Shown here: positions 15,946 through 29,899 of the stretch, in pieces
How positions within the stretch are numbered: the stretch's first letter is position 1
How the letters are laid out: the number at the start of each line of letters is the position of its first letter
Source of the DNA: the human T2T-CHM13v2.0 reference genome, Homo sapiens
Length of the DNA: 64,000 bases
Assembly: GCF_009914755.1 (NCBI RefSeq)
Contig: NC_060938.1
Strand: one strand, 5' to 3'
The notes under the pieces: generated by a model
Database searches by the model: none
What the model was told of the DNA's origin: nothing
The model's input: only the letters and a program-made list of their open reading frames with translations
Program-made: the position numbers and the translations under genes

Positions 15946-17620
15946 TACTACGCTTGCCTGTTAGGTCTCAAGAAATGACCACAGGGGCTGATATTCAAAT
16001 AATTTTGCCAATAGATTTCATTATTATTAGTTTGTTTTCTTTTGTTTTTTAGGTTTAGACTTCCATCTTTTGCCCCCTTAGGCATTTGTCAGAATGAGGA
16101 ACAAGGGTGTTCAAAATACTCATGAAACTCAATCACTTCGCAGAAGCGGAAAGAAGAATGGGAAGACTGATCACTGGGAGTTTTATCATTCAATTTATCC
16201 ATTTCCATATCTGTGTGAATTTTTAATATTTGCAAATATCACTTTTATTTTTAATGTATTTTTAAATCCTCATAAGGAAAACTCCCCCAACTTTCATTCA
16301 TTTCTAATATCATTCCTTGGGTCTTTTATGCCTTTCATAAAAAATGACCACCAGAATGGCACATAATATCCTAAAAGTACATATGATAATTTTAATAAAA
16401 GAAATCTAGCAAAAACATATATACTATAGTTCTTTTTTTCTTAACCCAAAACAGAATTTATACTCAACCAAAGAGTCCTTATTTGCAGAATTAGGTAATG
16501 CTTATTCAACAGATTGCTTATCAGTTTTACTTAAACGCTCTACTACTTCTACTTCTCAGAAAACCTTTGGGCAATACAAGTGAAGCACTCTAACTCAGGT
16601 CAGACAAAAGCACAAGCACGGCCTTCTACTTCACCACCACAGTGTTGGCTCAAGAAGTCAGACACAGCACGTTCTAGAGGTCGTAAGATTTATATTTCAC
16701 ATGGCATTTGGATACCTAAGTTTGATAGATCCCAAATATTACCTTTCCTTCTCACTCTCCAAAGAAAATTTTCCTCAAATTCTTACTAAATGCCAGGCAC
16801 ACTGCAGATTTTTCTATGTGTCAATGTAATTGATCATCAAAGAATCCCATGAAACCACTGTCAATGCCATTTTACAAGTTCAAGGAAATAAGTGACTCAC
16901 TCAAGGTCACACAGCTTACAATTAGTGGAGCTAGTATTCAAACCCATGTCTGACTTAACTCCACAACTTGAGAAATCAGTCTCCGCTACTTATTGTAACT
17001 GTCCTAAGAACCACCACTAGGTAATCTTTAGCCTTATTTAAGACTACATCTAGTAAGAATGGAAGGCTATTTTGACATAAATCGAATTCATTGCATTTGA
17101 AAAGCCATTTTCCTAATTTGTAAAGGCTCCCTTCCACCAACCTAAGTTATGAAGGTTTTGTGTGTGTGTGCGCTTTTCAATGAAACTCAAAATAGTAACC
17201 CTCTCAAAAAGAGTCAAACCTAGAAATCACAAACAGCAACTTTCTCTGAAATCCACAACCCATTTTCAAAACAAAGGGGTATTTCCAAACATTTTAAAGT
17301 ATACTGCTGAATTCTCTAAATAACTTAATGTTCTTTGAAAGCATCATGTAAGACATTCAGGTCAGAACAACAAAGCACACATATTGACAGAAAAAAAATA
17401 CAAATTTACTGTCAAAGTTCCCAGTCCTTGGCAACAACAGCAAATAGGAAGAGCTGACACATAATCTCTTAAGGCAGAAATGCCTGTCTGCTACTCTCTG
17501 TGGAAACAACGTTAGATTCTTGAACTCACAGGTAATGGTACTTATAGAGAATTCTTACTCTTGCCCATTCCTTTTTACTGCCATTTGTTCACTTAAATAG
17601 GTACTCTCTGCAAGGTACTA

Positions 17621-17851
<231 letters not shown>

Positions 17852-18255
17852 CTAACATAATAAAAGATACTGACAGTAAAGACTTCATTTTGCAAGGCTA
17901 TAACAAGAGAGACATCGCCATATTAAAACATATCAAAATCACTAACAAATAGTAAAAAAGAATTTGTTTGGTGGAAATGCCACTATACCAAGGACAACAT
18001 AAAATTACTCATAGAATTACTGTAGTTTGTTTAAAAGATCTGTTTTTCAAAAAGGCTCAATTAGATACACTATGAAAATTATATAGAATTTATTATGATG
18101 TTTAAAAGTTTATTATAGATTTAAATGAACATTAATTTAATATTCATTCATTCATACACTGCAGCCAAACTCCCAATATTGATAACTAATATTATTGCTT
18201 TTGAAATCTAAAAACAAAAATCTGCATTTACTCAATAGTTTACCAAGAATTACTA

Positions 18256-18411
<156 letters not shown>

Positions 18412-18961
18412 CTAAAATAAAATCAACATCAGTAAACAAACATAGCATTCACTGCCTGGATATACTTACATAAAATCAGATCATAGAGCCATTGTATCAT
18501 AAGTGAGGATTAAGGAATTCATTAGTCAAAATTAAAACTAAAATACTAAATACATATAATTTTATACATCAGAACTAAGAAGGAAATCAGGAAAGCATGG
18601 GAAAAGAGTAGAGAAAAAATATCTTGATAATGGAAAGCATGTCTTGACGACAAATCTAAATTTACTTCAGGTTCTTAGATCCCCACAGCCATATTATGAC
18701 TGATGAGATCTGTCAATTTAGGCAAATCACAAAACAATTCACACTTTTTATTTTTTTCTGTTGAACTGACATGGTTTTCTGGAAGAAAACTCAGACTAAA
18801 TGTTATTTTTGTAGCCTATCATTATGTGGATATTTAAGTGCTTTATTAATGAGGACTTATCCCAGTATGTGAAGCACACTAGTAGGCTGGGCTGTTTCAG
18901 TTCAGTGAGGAAGCGCCTCTTAATCACTGTGTATCCCCCAATGACCAACACACCAAAAGCC

Positions 18962-19052
18962 CCAGTACATGCTGGCTACATGGAAACATGTAAGTTAGAG
19001 GAGCCTCCAGCACATGCTGGCTGCATGGAAACATTCAGTTAGAGGAAGTCTC
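18962..19052. repeat. ~45-bp tandem duplication
   Basis: ccagYacatgctggctRcatggaaacat..agttagagga twice. Confidence 0.85.
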
Positions 19053-19250
19053 CGTCAAAGACCTAAACAGCTCAAGCAAGAAATTTTTCCAGTTTCAAGA
19101 CATTTAACTCAAGACTAAATTTTTTGAAAGCGCATTATCAGCAAGTTGGAAATAGGTCATAGGAATTTGTGTTTTTCAAGCAAGCAGATCATACTGAAAC
19201 CTATTTCTTTTCTACAAAGTTAAGAGCAATAAAAATTAGTAATTTATTTG

Positions 19251-19543
<293 letters not shown>

Positions 19544-19727
19544 TTTATTTGGTTTTAAGGTAAGACTTACAGTAAGATATAGTACATCAGGACTAGCTTC
19601 TAGGCTGATTAAGTATAGGAAATTAGTTTTCAAACCTAAATCAGACAACCAAGGCTACAGATCATCTTACAAACCAAGTCAAGAACTTGTAGGGATTTAT
19701 AAAGTGAAATTTCTCTACAAGTCTTAC

Positions 19728-19858
19728 CTGGTGCTTAGTAAACTCTTGGTTCCATCTCTCTTTTGTCCAAGATGCATTTACTTCTAGGTTTGAGTATTCC
19801 CCAACCTTGAGATCTGAATGAGTTCTGACAGCTGACACTTGTTGAGCAACCTGGTTTG
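19728..19858 (-). CDS. DICER1: DICER1 coding exon (c.308-438, [21 protein letters not shown]...FTKHQ)
   Basis: attag|CA acceptor, CAG|gtaaga donor; 131 nt. Confidence 0.97.
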
Positions 19859-20641
19859 CTAATTACAAATATAATACTCCATGTAAATATGAGAAATCTT
19901 GCCTAGTTGGCTCTCTGGACTACTAATGATTAACAGTCTACAGAAATCCTTATTATTATATTAGACCTAACCAACAATGTTTTTGATAGCCTCTTTAAAA
20001 CCACAGTTCCAAGGTTATCCTCCAAAAAAATGGCACCTACTAGACTTGCCACCTCACTTTTTGTCACTCGCTTCAGAGAACCCTACACCACCTTTCTTCT
20101 TCATAGCTGATTTCCTCTAAGCCACCCTCCTGTTTTCTTCAATAAAATCAGATGGAAACAAGACAGTCTAACATGTATTTAAAGCAGATAGTTATACTGA
20201 GACAACCTAAAAAAAGAGCAGTGACATGAATATATTAGTGCCCTACCAGCTTAGGTTCACATTTTATATTTTTTATTTTTATATATAATCCAAGCATATA
20301 AAAATCAGTATTTTAAACTCTTAACTGAATATCTAATTTCTAAGCAGCATGTAACTTTATTAATACAACTGATTAGCAAAATCATAAGTACAAACGTTAA
20401 TTATCCATAATTAAGCACCTTTTGACATACTTGGTGAAGCTAAAACATCAAGAAAAAAATAAATGTAACAACTTAGATTATGTTCTAATGTACATATGTT
20501 CCAATACTTATGTTCCAAAAGCAATCCATTCAAAAGAAATACAGAACCAGAACATTTAAGAGAAACAGCAAAAAGAAATAGGACAAAACAATTTCTGCCA
20601 GAAGAGATTAAATGAGTACATTATCTGTCAAACTTTCTTCA

Positions 20642-20896
<255 letters not shown>

Positions 20897-21533
20897 CTAG
20901 AAACATGGTGAAAAAAAAGTTATGCACTTCTTACCTAAGTACAAAATTTATAAAATTGGATTTTATTTTAAATCAGGAAATTTCACTATTCTCTAAAATC
21001 GTCCTCCAATAAATTTACAAAAAAAACCCCACAGTCTACGTCTTTATACGAGAATAACTCAGAGGAATAAAATGCCTGCTATATACAGCTGTATTGTGTA
21101 AATACGTGTTGAAATGGCATTTACCCTTTCTTTAAGCATTATTTTTGTATACACAGAATACTTCTTTAGAATAACATGAATGACTAAACTTAGAGTAATC
21201 GTGGTTCTGCCAGTTCATGGCTGAACATTTTCAAACTAATCTAGGTTCCTACCCAGCTCACTAGGACAGACACATCCAAGTGAATATTAAGGAACAGTGA
21301 GGTTTTCAGAGGGGGAAAAAAGAAACTTCACAAATACAACTATCAAATCCAATTACCCAGCAGATGTTAGAAAAGAAAAGGACTATTAAGAATAAAAGTA
21401 TTTTAAATGAGAAAATTAATCAGAAGTGGGAGGCCTGAAAGGGTAAATGAGTTTTATATAAGTTGTGTCAACTATATGCTAATGTATTCCATTTTAGTGT
21501 AGAATGCTCCAGTATTAGTGTTCGCATTAGTAC

Positions 21534-21677
21534 CTGATATTTTCTTGGCGTATAAATGTTATCATGAATTGCTTCTTGTTGCCATGGCAGTCCAAAGAAA
21601 GGACCCATTGGTGAGGAAGCAGGGGTCATGAGCTGCAGGCCTGCCATGCTGAGGGGTTGCAAAGCAGGGCTTTTCAT
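21534..21677 (-). CDS. DICER1: DICER1 first coding segment (c.1-144, [16 protein letters not shown]...PRKYQ); full exon spans 21534-21722 including 45 nt of 5'UTR
   Basis: ORF 21468..21677 is the Dicer N-terminus; donor CAG|gtacta; acceptor ttttgtag|TAAG at 21722. Confidence 0.98.
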
Positions 21678-22579
21678 TCATCCAGTGTTTCTTTCATTGC
21701 ATTTTTGTTCTAGCACAGCTTACTACAAAAGGGAAAAAGAATACCATTACACAATCATGCAGGGTTAAAAACAAAGAAAGCACAGAAACAAGAGAAACAT
21801 CAGAATATCATTCCTATGAGCCATTCAAACTCTTCCTATAATTGTTTTAGCTTTTTCTTGATCTAAGAGGATCATTTTAGGAGTCAACCATTCTGTACCT
21901 TACCCAGTGATTCTATGCCTAGAAATTTGTCTTAAAGAATGAATCAAGCAACTGCACAAAGAGATGTACATGAATATTTGTTGTTGCATTATTACTTAAA
22001 AATAAGAAATAACTTTAAAATCTACTGGTAAAAAATAAGCTACATAAATTATGCTATGACTATATAATGGAATACTTTGAATCCATTAAGATTATAGCAC
22101 ATATCTGTAGTTCCTGACACAGAACAATGTCCATAATAAACCTTTAAAAGAAAATATGTACAGCATGATGCCTTGTTAAATATATGTACATATATAAAAT
22201 ATGTAAATATACACATAAATAAATTTTGAACATTCTTTGTATATTCTATGACGTTACTGATAAAATGATAATGTATGGAAGGCACTTAGCACTGTGCCTG
22301 CACCACGAAAGATTTAGACACCTGCTAAAATTGTCACTTTATCAACAGCTCACGAACACAGGCCTTTTTCTCAATTGACAACCTATTATAAATGCACAAC
22401 TATTTAAATATGTATCTTTAAAATTATACATATCCTAGATAAATTAAAACAAATGACACCACTCTGTGAAATAAAAATTTTTTCATGGTATCTAAGCACT
22501 TTCTATATTTCATATAGTTTTTCCCACAGATAAATTTGATTATGTAAAATGATAAAAACTGAAACTTTAAAATTCCTAC

Positions 22580-22722
22580 CCTTCAAACAGAGGGTCAGGG
22601 ATTCAAATATCTGTGTGAAAGCCTACCACTGGCTTTACTGTCAGCAGGATTTCCTCGCCCCACAGAAGGGAATTTCCTCTCTTGCACTGCTTTGGAGTGT
22701 TCATTGCTATTACTCTATGAAA
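22580..22722 (-). other. DICER1: Alternative non-coding 5'UTR exon of DICER1 (143 nt)
   Basis: Acceptor tatctcttccag| and donor AGG|gtagga; agrees with my recollection of a RefSeq leader exon. Confidence 0.7.
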
Positions 22723-24303
22723 CTGGAAGAGATAATTCAACTCTGTTACTTAACAACCAAAACTTTTGAATCTCCTGACATGTTAAGTACAACACATGAC
22801 TTAAGTTGTTGCAACTATTTCAACAAGAAGTCTCAAGTGTAGGGTCTCTTATACAACACAATACTGAATTCTGATTTGAGAAATTAATTCTGTTGACAAG
22901 AATTCAACATTCAGCTACCATAAAGTACTATCTCAAGTAAGCAGTGCAGGGGCACCCCACTGCCGGAGCTGAGAGCCCGGTAAGACAGCACGTCTGCGGG
23001 CCTGACAGCACAATCACGCTCATCATCTTTCCAGAAGGGAACAAGCGAAGTACCACAGAGTACTTTATGAGATAATATTAACCCATAATTTCCCTGGATC
23101 AAAGAGAACTATGTTCTTCACGAAAAATAATGTGCTAATTCTCTCTGAATCAAAGCCCCAACAGCCATTCCTTTTACCCTAGTACCCAAGCCTAGTACCC
23201 ACTTTCCCAAATTCAGCAAGCCCTCAGGACTTGCAGGCTCATCAGTTAAACTTTTTTCTTAATACAACTGCCAAGAACCCTATGTGGAAGTCTATTTTAC
23301 CAAAATGTCTGAGATCAGGAGGCCACTCTGAAGGCCCAAGGCTAAGATCTGCGGGTCCCATCACTGACCTTCTCACCTGGAATCCACTCTCGTGATACCT
23401 CCACAATTCTCCTTCATGACTACAGACTGCATACTGTCTAGCACTATTCACCCTTAAGCCTGACCCTTCACTTTCACCCAACCCAAATGCTAATCCTAGA
23501 CTTATTGAAGACATGGTAGAAGGTACCAAGAAACAAGTCTAAGTTCTGATGATGGATGAAAATATAAAACAAAGGAGAAAAGAGGGCCGTGATGTAAATA
23601 CCCAACACATCTTCTCCTACTTCCAGAAACCAGGTATGTCCAGGAACCAGCAGCACCCCCTCCTCCCTACAACTGTCACCATTTCTTCTCATATAGATAA
23701 CATTAGTAATAACAATAAATAACTTTAGAAAAATAGTCTAAAAATAAATTAGGAATGTTTTATTTTTTAAAGCTGGGGAGGGTATTCTTCAAAAATGTCA
23801 ATGCCATAAAATACAAAGAAAAACTATGAAAATGTTCCAGATTAACAAAGACTATATGGATACAAATGGACATAAAGATGGAAATAACAGACAGGCTTAT
23901 TATCCTTAGTATTACGTCCTCCAGGTTCATCTGCGTTTTTGCAAATGGCAGGATTTCCTTCTTTTTAGCGCTGAATAATATTCCTCCATGTGTGTTTGTG
24001 TATCACAATTTCTTTACCCATTCATCTGTTGATGGACACTTAGATTGTTTCAATATTTTGGCTATTATGAATAATGTTGCAAAGAACATAAATAGTGATC
24101 TCATTCATAAAGGACATTATTGAATTCATTTTTAAAACGAGATAACAGCAATGTTAAAATTCCCTGAAGTTGATATAACTGACTGTGGCTATGTAAGACA
24201 ATACTCTTATTGTTAGAAAATATACACTGAAGTATTTAGGGGTAAAGAGCTATGATACATGTAACTTATTCTCAAATGGTACAGAAAAAGAATCTACATG
24301 TAG

Positions 24304-24305
<2 letters not shown>

Positions 24306-24344
<39 letters not shown>
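24306..24344. repeat. (CA)n microsatellite
   Basis: Direct read. Confidence 0.95.
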
Positions 24345-24345
<1 letters not shown>

Positions 24346-24590
24346 CTGATAAAGCAAGTGGGGCAAAATGGGTACAGCACATATTTTTGTCCTATTATTC
24401 TTGCAACATAAATCTTTTTCTTCATTTTCTGCTCAAATATAAATAAATACCTCATTCCTTTATGTATTCAAAAGCACAAGGACAGGTGATTCTGGCTAGC
24501 TCTCAAATACTCCATTTCCTCCACAGGTAATAGCCATGCTAAACTCAGCGTGGTCTCAGTCAAACAGTGGCTCACTGATCAAGGATCCAG

Positions 24591-24777
24591 TTTCTTTTTT
24601 TCTTTTTTTTCACCAAGACTGAGAATCACTCGATCACTCAGGCTGAGTGCAGTGGTGCAATGATGGCTCACTGCAGCCTCAACCTCACAAGTAGCTGGGA
24701 CCACAGGTGTGCATCACCACGACTGGCTAATTTTTTAATTTTTTGTAGAGACAGGGTCTCACTATGCTGCCTAGGCT
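24591..24777 (-). mobile_element. Deleted old Alu fragment
   Basis: gctgagtgcagtgg...ttgtagagacagggtctcac. Confidence 0.8.
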
Positions 24778-25249
24778 CTAGTTTCTTATTTTCTGCCATC
24801 TGCCAGTCACCCAAACCTAAGCTGATGGGCATACAACTTACCCCTGGCCAGAGGAATTGGTTCATGCTCATCCAACAGCAAAAAATTTAGGACTTTCATT
24901 TGATGGTTGAAGAGAAGCAGTTGTCTTTCTTTCCCTCTAAAGATGACTCATGAAATTATTAGTCCCATTTGCTGCTGCAATTACACTACACAGACCCATG
25001 AAAAGATCCAGCCTTAGGATGAAACCAGCACCGCAGATGGCAAAAATAAAGAACCTGGGTCATTGATGACATCAATAAACTGCTGGATCAACCAAACTCA
25101 AAGCCCAGCCTAACAATGGACTTTCCAATTAACTGAGCCAACAAATTCCTTAACTATCCAAGCTAGCTTGAGTTGAATATTCTGGGATAAAAGCAAACCA
25201 AATGACACTCTCTAAATCACTATTATCACTTCCTGTAAAAGGTATAAGT

Positions 25250-25815
25250 AGAAAAGAGGAAAGCAAAGAACAGATATGAACAGAAAGGAAAGGAAAAAAA
25301 GGAAAGAAGGGAAAGAAGGAAAGGAGGAAAAAGGGAAAGCAAGGGAAAGGGGAAAAGGAAAGAAAAGGGAAAGGAAGAGGAAGGGGAAGGAAAAGGGGAA
25401 GGAGAAGGAAAAGGGGAAGGGGAAAGGAAAAAGGGAAGGGGAAAGGAAAGGGGAAGAGGAAGAGAAAGGGGAAATAAAAAGGAAAATGGAAAGGGGAAGG
25501 GGAAGGGAAAGGCAAAAGAAAAAGGAAAAGGGAAAGGGGAAGAGGAAAGGGAAAGGGGAAGGGGAAGGGAAAGAGGAAGGAAAAGGGAAGGGGGAAGGGG
25601 AAGGAAAAGGTAAAGGGGAAAGGGAAAGAAAAAGGGGAAGGGAATAAGAGGAAGGAAAAGGGGAAGAGGAAAGGGAAAGAAAAAGGGGACAGGAATGGGG
25701 ATAGGGAAGGGGAAGGGAAAGGGGAAGGGGAAGGAAAAGGGAAAGGGGAAAGGGAAAGAAAAAGGGGAAGGGAATGGAGAAGGGGAAGGGAAAGGGGAAG
25801 GGGAAAGGAAAAAAG
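25250..25815. repeat. (GGGAA/GGGGAA)n-like polypurine tract
   Basis: ~560 bp of degenerate 5-6-mer purine repeats. Confidence 0.95.
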
Positions 25816-26137
25816 TCAGGGATCAAAGCAGAAAGCCATCAGGCCACAAATATTGAGATAATGAACAAGTACTGCAGCCAGACCCCAAGCAAGGTGAAAA
25901 GCTTTGTTTGTAAGGGAAAAGTCAAGGGTCTTAGACTCCAAAAAACCAGGGATGAGCTCTACCAAGAAGCTTCTAAGACTTTGAAAATGTTCTCCTTATT
26001 TGTCCTTAGGAATACTTTTTTTCACTTTCTGCTATCAGTAAATTCTTTTTGAAACTGCAAAGCCGCTTGTTTCGGAAACAAATTGAGGAAAAATCTGGAC
26101 AGTTCTTCCTCGGCACAAGAGAGGGAGAGAGATCGTT

Positions 26138-26205
26138 TCCCTGGCCTGCCTATTTCCTCCTTTGTTCTCATAAAATCACAAAGGAGAAAACAGGCAGGGC
26201 AGGGA
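26138..26205 (-). ncRNA. MIR3173: pre-miRNA hairpin MIR3173 in DICER1 intron 1
   Basis: Minus strand UCCCUGCCCUGCCUGUUUUCUCCUUUGU...ACAAAGGAGGAAAUAGGCAGGCCAGGGA forms a 28-bp stem with 1 mismatch and 2 G-U pairs; these become A-C mismatches on +, so it folds best DICER1-sense; sequence recognised as mir-3173. Confidence 0.9.
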
Positions 26206-26913
26206 AGCTGGCCCAAGACCAACAAAGACTCAATTCTATCTGGAAAATAAGCCCTAGACCTCCAATGTTTCTCAGGCCCGGTTTCACCTCAAGACACCAA
26301 CCTCACTCAAGTATGTGGATCCTATTCCTACAAACCAGCAGGTAAAGAGCTTGGAAAAGGAGGAGTTGCAAATTCACTCAGTGTCCAGGTTCTGTTCCTG
26401 GCATTTCAAAGGACAGAGATTTTTTTTTTTTCTTAGCAAACATAACATTTCTCATAAATGCCCTACCCCACCCTAAAACTTTCACAGGGTTTAGAAAAAA
26501 ATGATAGGTAGCTGGTTTCTAAGAATCAATCTGAGAAAAAAAGTGGAAAAAAAAAACAGAGAAATGAAAGGTTACATTTATCAACATTTAGGCTCTAAAT
26601 AAAGAGAAAATAGATACATTATATAGTAAAAATAAATATCAAACAATAAAGAAATACAGAAATAACATCTCTAACCAAAAATACCTGAAAAGATTAAGGT
26701 TTCTATCAGCTCTCACAAAAAACCATGTGTAAGAAAATAATACAAACTACTGGAATGGAATTCATTAAAAAGTTGATATTTAAAAAGGAAATTAAGCAAA
26801 GCACTACACTCTGTGATATCTAGTCCCAAATGTACTCTGAAAAGTACTGCCCCCACTCATGACTGCCTGACTTCTGCCGACCTGTAACCTTACGTTCAGA
26901 TTATTCACCCAGC

Positions 26914-27227
26914 TTCTCAGTAAACTATCGCAAGAACAAAAAACCAAACACCGCATATTCTCACTCATAGGTGGGAATTGAACAATGAGATCACATGGAC
27001 ACAGGAAGGGGAATATCACACTCTGGGGACTGTGGTGGGGTCGGGGGAGGGGGGAGGGATAGCATTGGGAGATATACCTAATGCTAGATGACACATTAGT
27101 GGGTGCAGCGCACCAGCATGGCACATGTATACATATGTAACTAACCTGCACAATGTGCACATGTACCCTAAAACTTAGAGTATAATAAAAAAAAAAAAAT
27201 AAATAAAAAAATAAAAAAAAAAAAAAA
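26914..27227 (+). mobile_element. 5'-truncated L1HS (Ta subfamily) 3' end with poly(A)
   Basis: Near-perfect L1 3'UTR with Ta diagnostics ACA (27093-27095) and G (27178); A-rich tail. Confidence 0.92.
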
Positions 27228-28459
27228 GAATGCTATCCTATTGCTGCCTCATCACCATTCACCAGCAATTTCCACAACAGAAGAGTAATCCCTGTTGGCT
27301 GAAAGCCTATAGCATATTATGCATCCTCCCTGACTGACCAACTGAAAGTGTTTAATCCTGTATTTCAATCCTATGTGCTCAATCCAAGTGATCCTAGCAG
27401 TTATACTACAGAGGCTTGGGGTATAGTCTTAATCCATAAAATGTACTTCTGTAATTTTATATGAATTCTTATTTAGAAAATTTCTCTTAAAACTCTGTTC
27501 TCACTAAAATATGACCAATTAGACTAGAATTTCCTTGGATATAGGAGCTGCATATCTTACCCTTACCTGTATTACCCACTGTACAGAACCACATCCAGGA
27601 CATGGTAAACAAAAACTGCAGGTTGTTAGAATGAAAACAATGTCCACCTGAGTGACATTAAAACCTCAAACAGCTTCTATTTGCCTTTCATAATTTCTAT
27701 CACAGATTTTTAGAGCTATTCATAGACACACATACACAACATACATGTTATTCTTTTACTGGAGCACAGCTCCATAAGAACAAGACATGAGTCTCATTCT
27801 TTGCACCTCTTAAATTTCCTGCTACAATGTTCTGTATATACATTTAAGTAAATATTTGACAAACTGAATTAGAGACTCATGAATGTCCACACAATAATAT
27901 ACAGAACAGAATCATGGATGGATCAAGATATATTTCTATTCGGTTTGGAAACACACATCTATCCCACTCCTACCAGCCCTGAGAGATGAGTGCAGGAGAG
28001 AGGATGTACAAGGACATAAAGAACAACAATTTAACCCTTCCAATTATATTTTCCATAAGGTTACAATGTTTAAATTAATTTTCATTCATTTAGTGGACAA
28101 TAACTGGCCCCAGTAATGCACTTTCTATTTAGGGAAAACAAATCCAAGACTTAAAATTCCAACAGGTAATCTGTAATATAAAAACAGGAAAACCTATAAT
28201 TTTGCCAATTTTTACTTTCTTGGCATGTTTAAACAGATTTTTTAAACTTGGCCTTAATGAAAAGATCTGAATCTCTGCTGGCAGGTAAAGGTTCTAGTTT
28301 CACAGATAAACTGGCTACCATTAACTGCTTTTGCAGAGCCAAAATAACTCCACATGACTGTTTTTCAACTATAGATTTTAAATTTCTGGTCAAACAACTT
28401 ACCCTCATGAAACTAGTGAGGTTGTTTCATAGTTTCCACATATTATGCACTTAGAAATA

Positions 28460-28803
28460 CAGTCATGCACCCAATAACAATGTTTTAGAGACTGACCCCG
28501 TATAAGACTATGGTCTCGTAAGATTATGATACTGTATTTTTACTGTACCTTTTCTATGCTTAGGTATATTTAGATATACAAATACCACTGTGTCACAACG
28601 GCCTACAGTATTCAATATAGTAACATGGTGTACAGGTTAGTAGCCTAGGAACAAAAGGTCATACCATATAGCCTAGGTGTATAATAGGCTATACCATGTA
28701 GGTTTATGTTAATTAAGTACACTCTATGATGTTCACACAATGACAAAATCGCCTAACAATGCATTTCTCAGAAGATATCCAGTCATTAAGCAATGCATGA
28801 CTG
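28460..28803 (+). mobile_element. Tigger3a/MER7A (TcMar-Tigger) MITE
   Basis: TIRs CAGTCATGC...GCATGACTG flanked by TA TSD. Confidence 0.88.
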
Positions 28804-28875
28804 TAATTTAGCAAAAGACAAGAAAGACAAGAATAAACTCTCTTCCTCTTTCCACATGATGAATCACAGATTTAC

Positions 28876-28976
28876 CGTTTTAATGTTTGAGATCTCTGTG
28901 TTGCTCTTGTCTGAACTGCATTTTGACATTGTGATAGCAGTTTATTGGAAAATCACAGCATGCCCAAGCTTCTGCT
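28876..28976 (-). other. DICER1: Alternative non-coding 5'UTR exon of DICER1 (101 nt)
   Basis: Acceptor tttatttttag|AGCAGAAG, donor ACG|gtaaat; sequence recognised from DICER1 leader variants. Confidence 0.7.
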
Positions 28977-29899
28977 CTAAAAATAAATGCAAAAATAGCC
29001 AAGTTTAAGATTCCTGTAAACTGAACAGAAACACATCTACAAGAGAGCCCTACTGATATGAAGAGTTGAATAAAAGGCCATTATTTTGAATTAAATTTTA
29101 AACAAAAGGCATTTAGATTATTTTAGGATACCAAGGCTTACCCTAAAACAAAGAACAAGAGAATAAGCTACAATAGCATGCCTAATTCCCAGAGATCTGG
29201 GAGAAATAAAGAGCTAGAGCAAAGTTCAAAAAAAGATTTCAAAGCTAATATAAGGAAATCAAAGTAAATAAAGTCTAAAGATGGTATTTTATAGAAAAAT
29301 GAAAAAAATAGCTATTATTTCCTAAATTCACATAAACGAAAGAAATAAAGAAGGTCACCAGAAGACGTACTTGGCTGAGAAATCCAAATAACCCAGTAGT
29401 AACTCTTTAACACAGGTATGAAATCCATCAGCAATTCCAATTTCCCAAAATGAAATTAAAAACACAAAAGGACAGTTACATCTACACTATACATTTTTAT
29501 AGAATTAGTTTATAAATAAAATAATTCAAGAACACTGTTAATGTTAATGTCGGGCATAAATTTAAATTTGGGGTGGCTCTCTAAAAGAGATTATAAATCA
29601 AAAACTAAGAAAGCATAAAATGTAGATATAAAAAGTTTAATTTGATCAACAAATACTGATTTTGTTAGATCTGACATCAGACTTGGTTTGCGCTCAGGTC
29701 TGAGCCTTCTGCAATGCCTCCACTACCATAAGCTCAGGAAAAACAAATTGGCAGTGGCCTCTTTTTACTACTTCCAGTCCTTTAAAAGACATTCTCATGG
29801 AGGTTAAAGTTCTCATTTCATACACAAATTTGTTTTGCTAAGAAGTCAACAAAGCAGACTGGGGCAACCTTATCACTACTTTGGCATATACATATTTAC

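Noticed and set aside
21678-21722. N-terminally extended Dicer from in-frame upstream-exon AUGs
   Set aside because: Two in-frame stops (UAA at -45, UGA at -3) block read-through
25320-25334. 14/15 match to the 5' end of the miR-3173 3' arm (aaaggaggaaaaagg), i.e. a self-target site in the pre-mRNA
   Set aside because: Lies in a low-complexity purine tract where such a match is likely by chance, and it is intronic
25150-26052. ORFs up to 204 aa (FPFP.../GKGK...)
   Set aside because: Translations of the polypurine repeat
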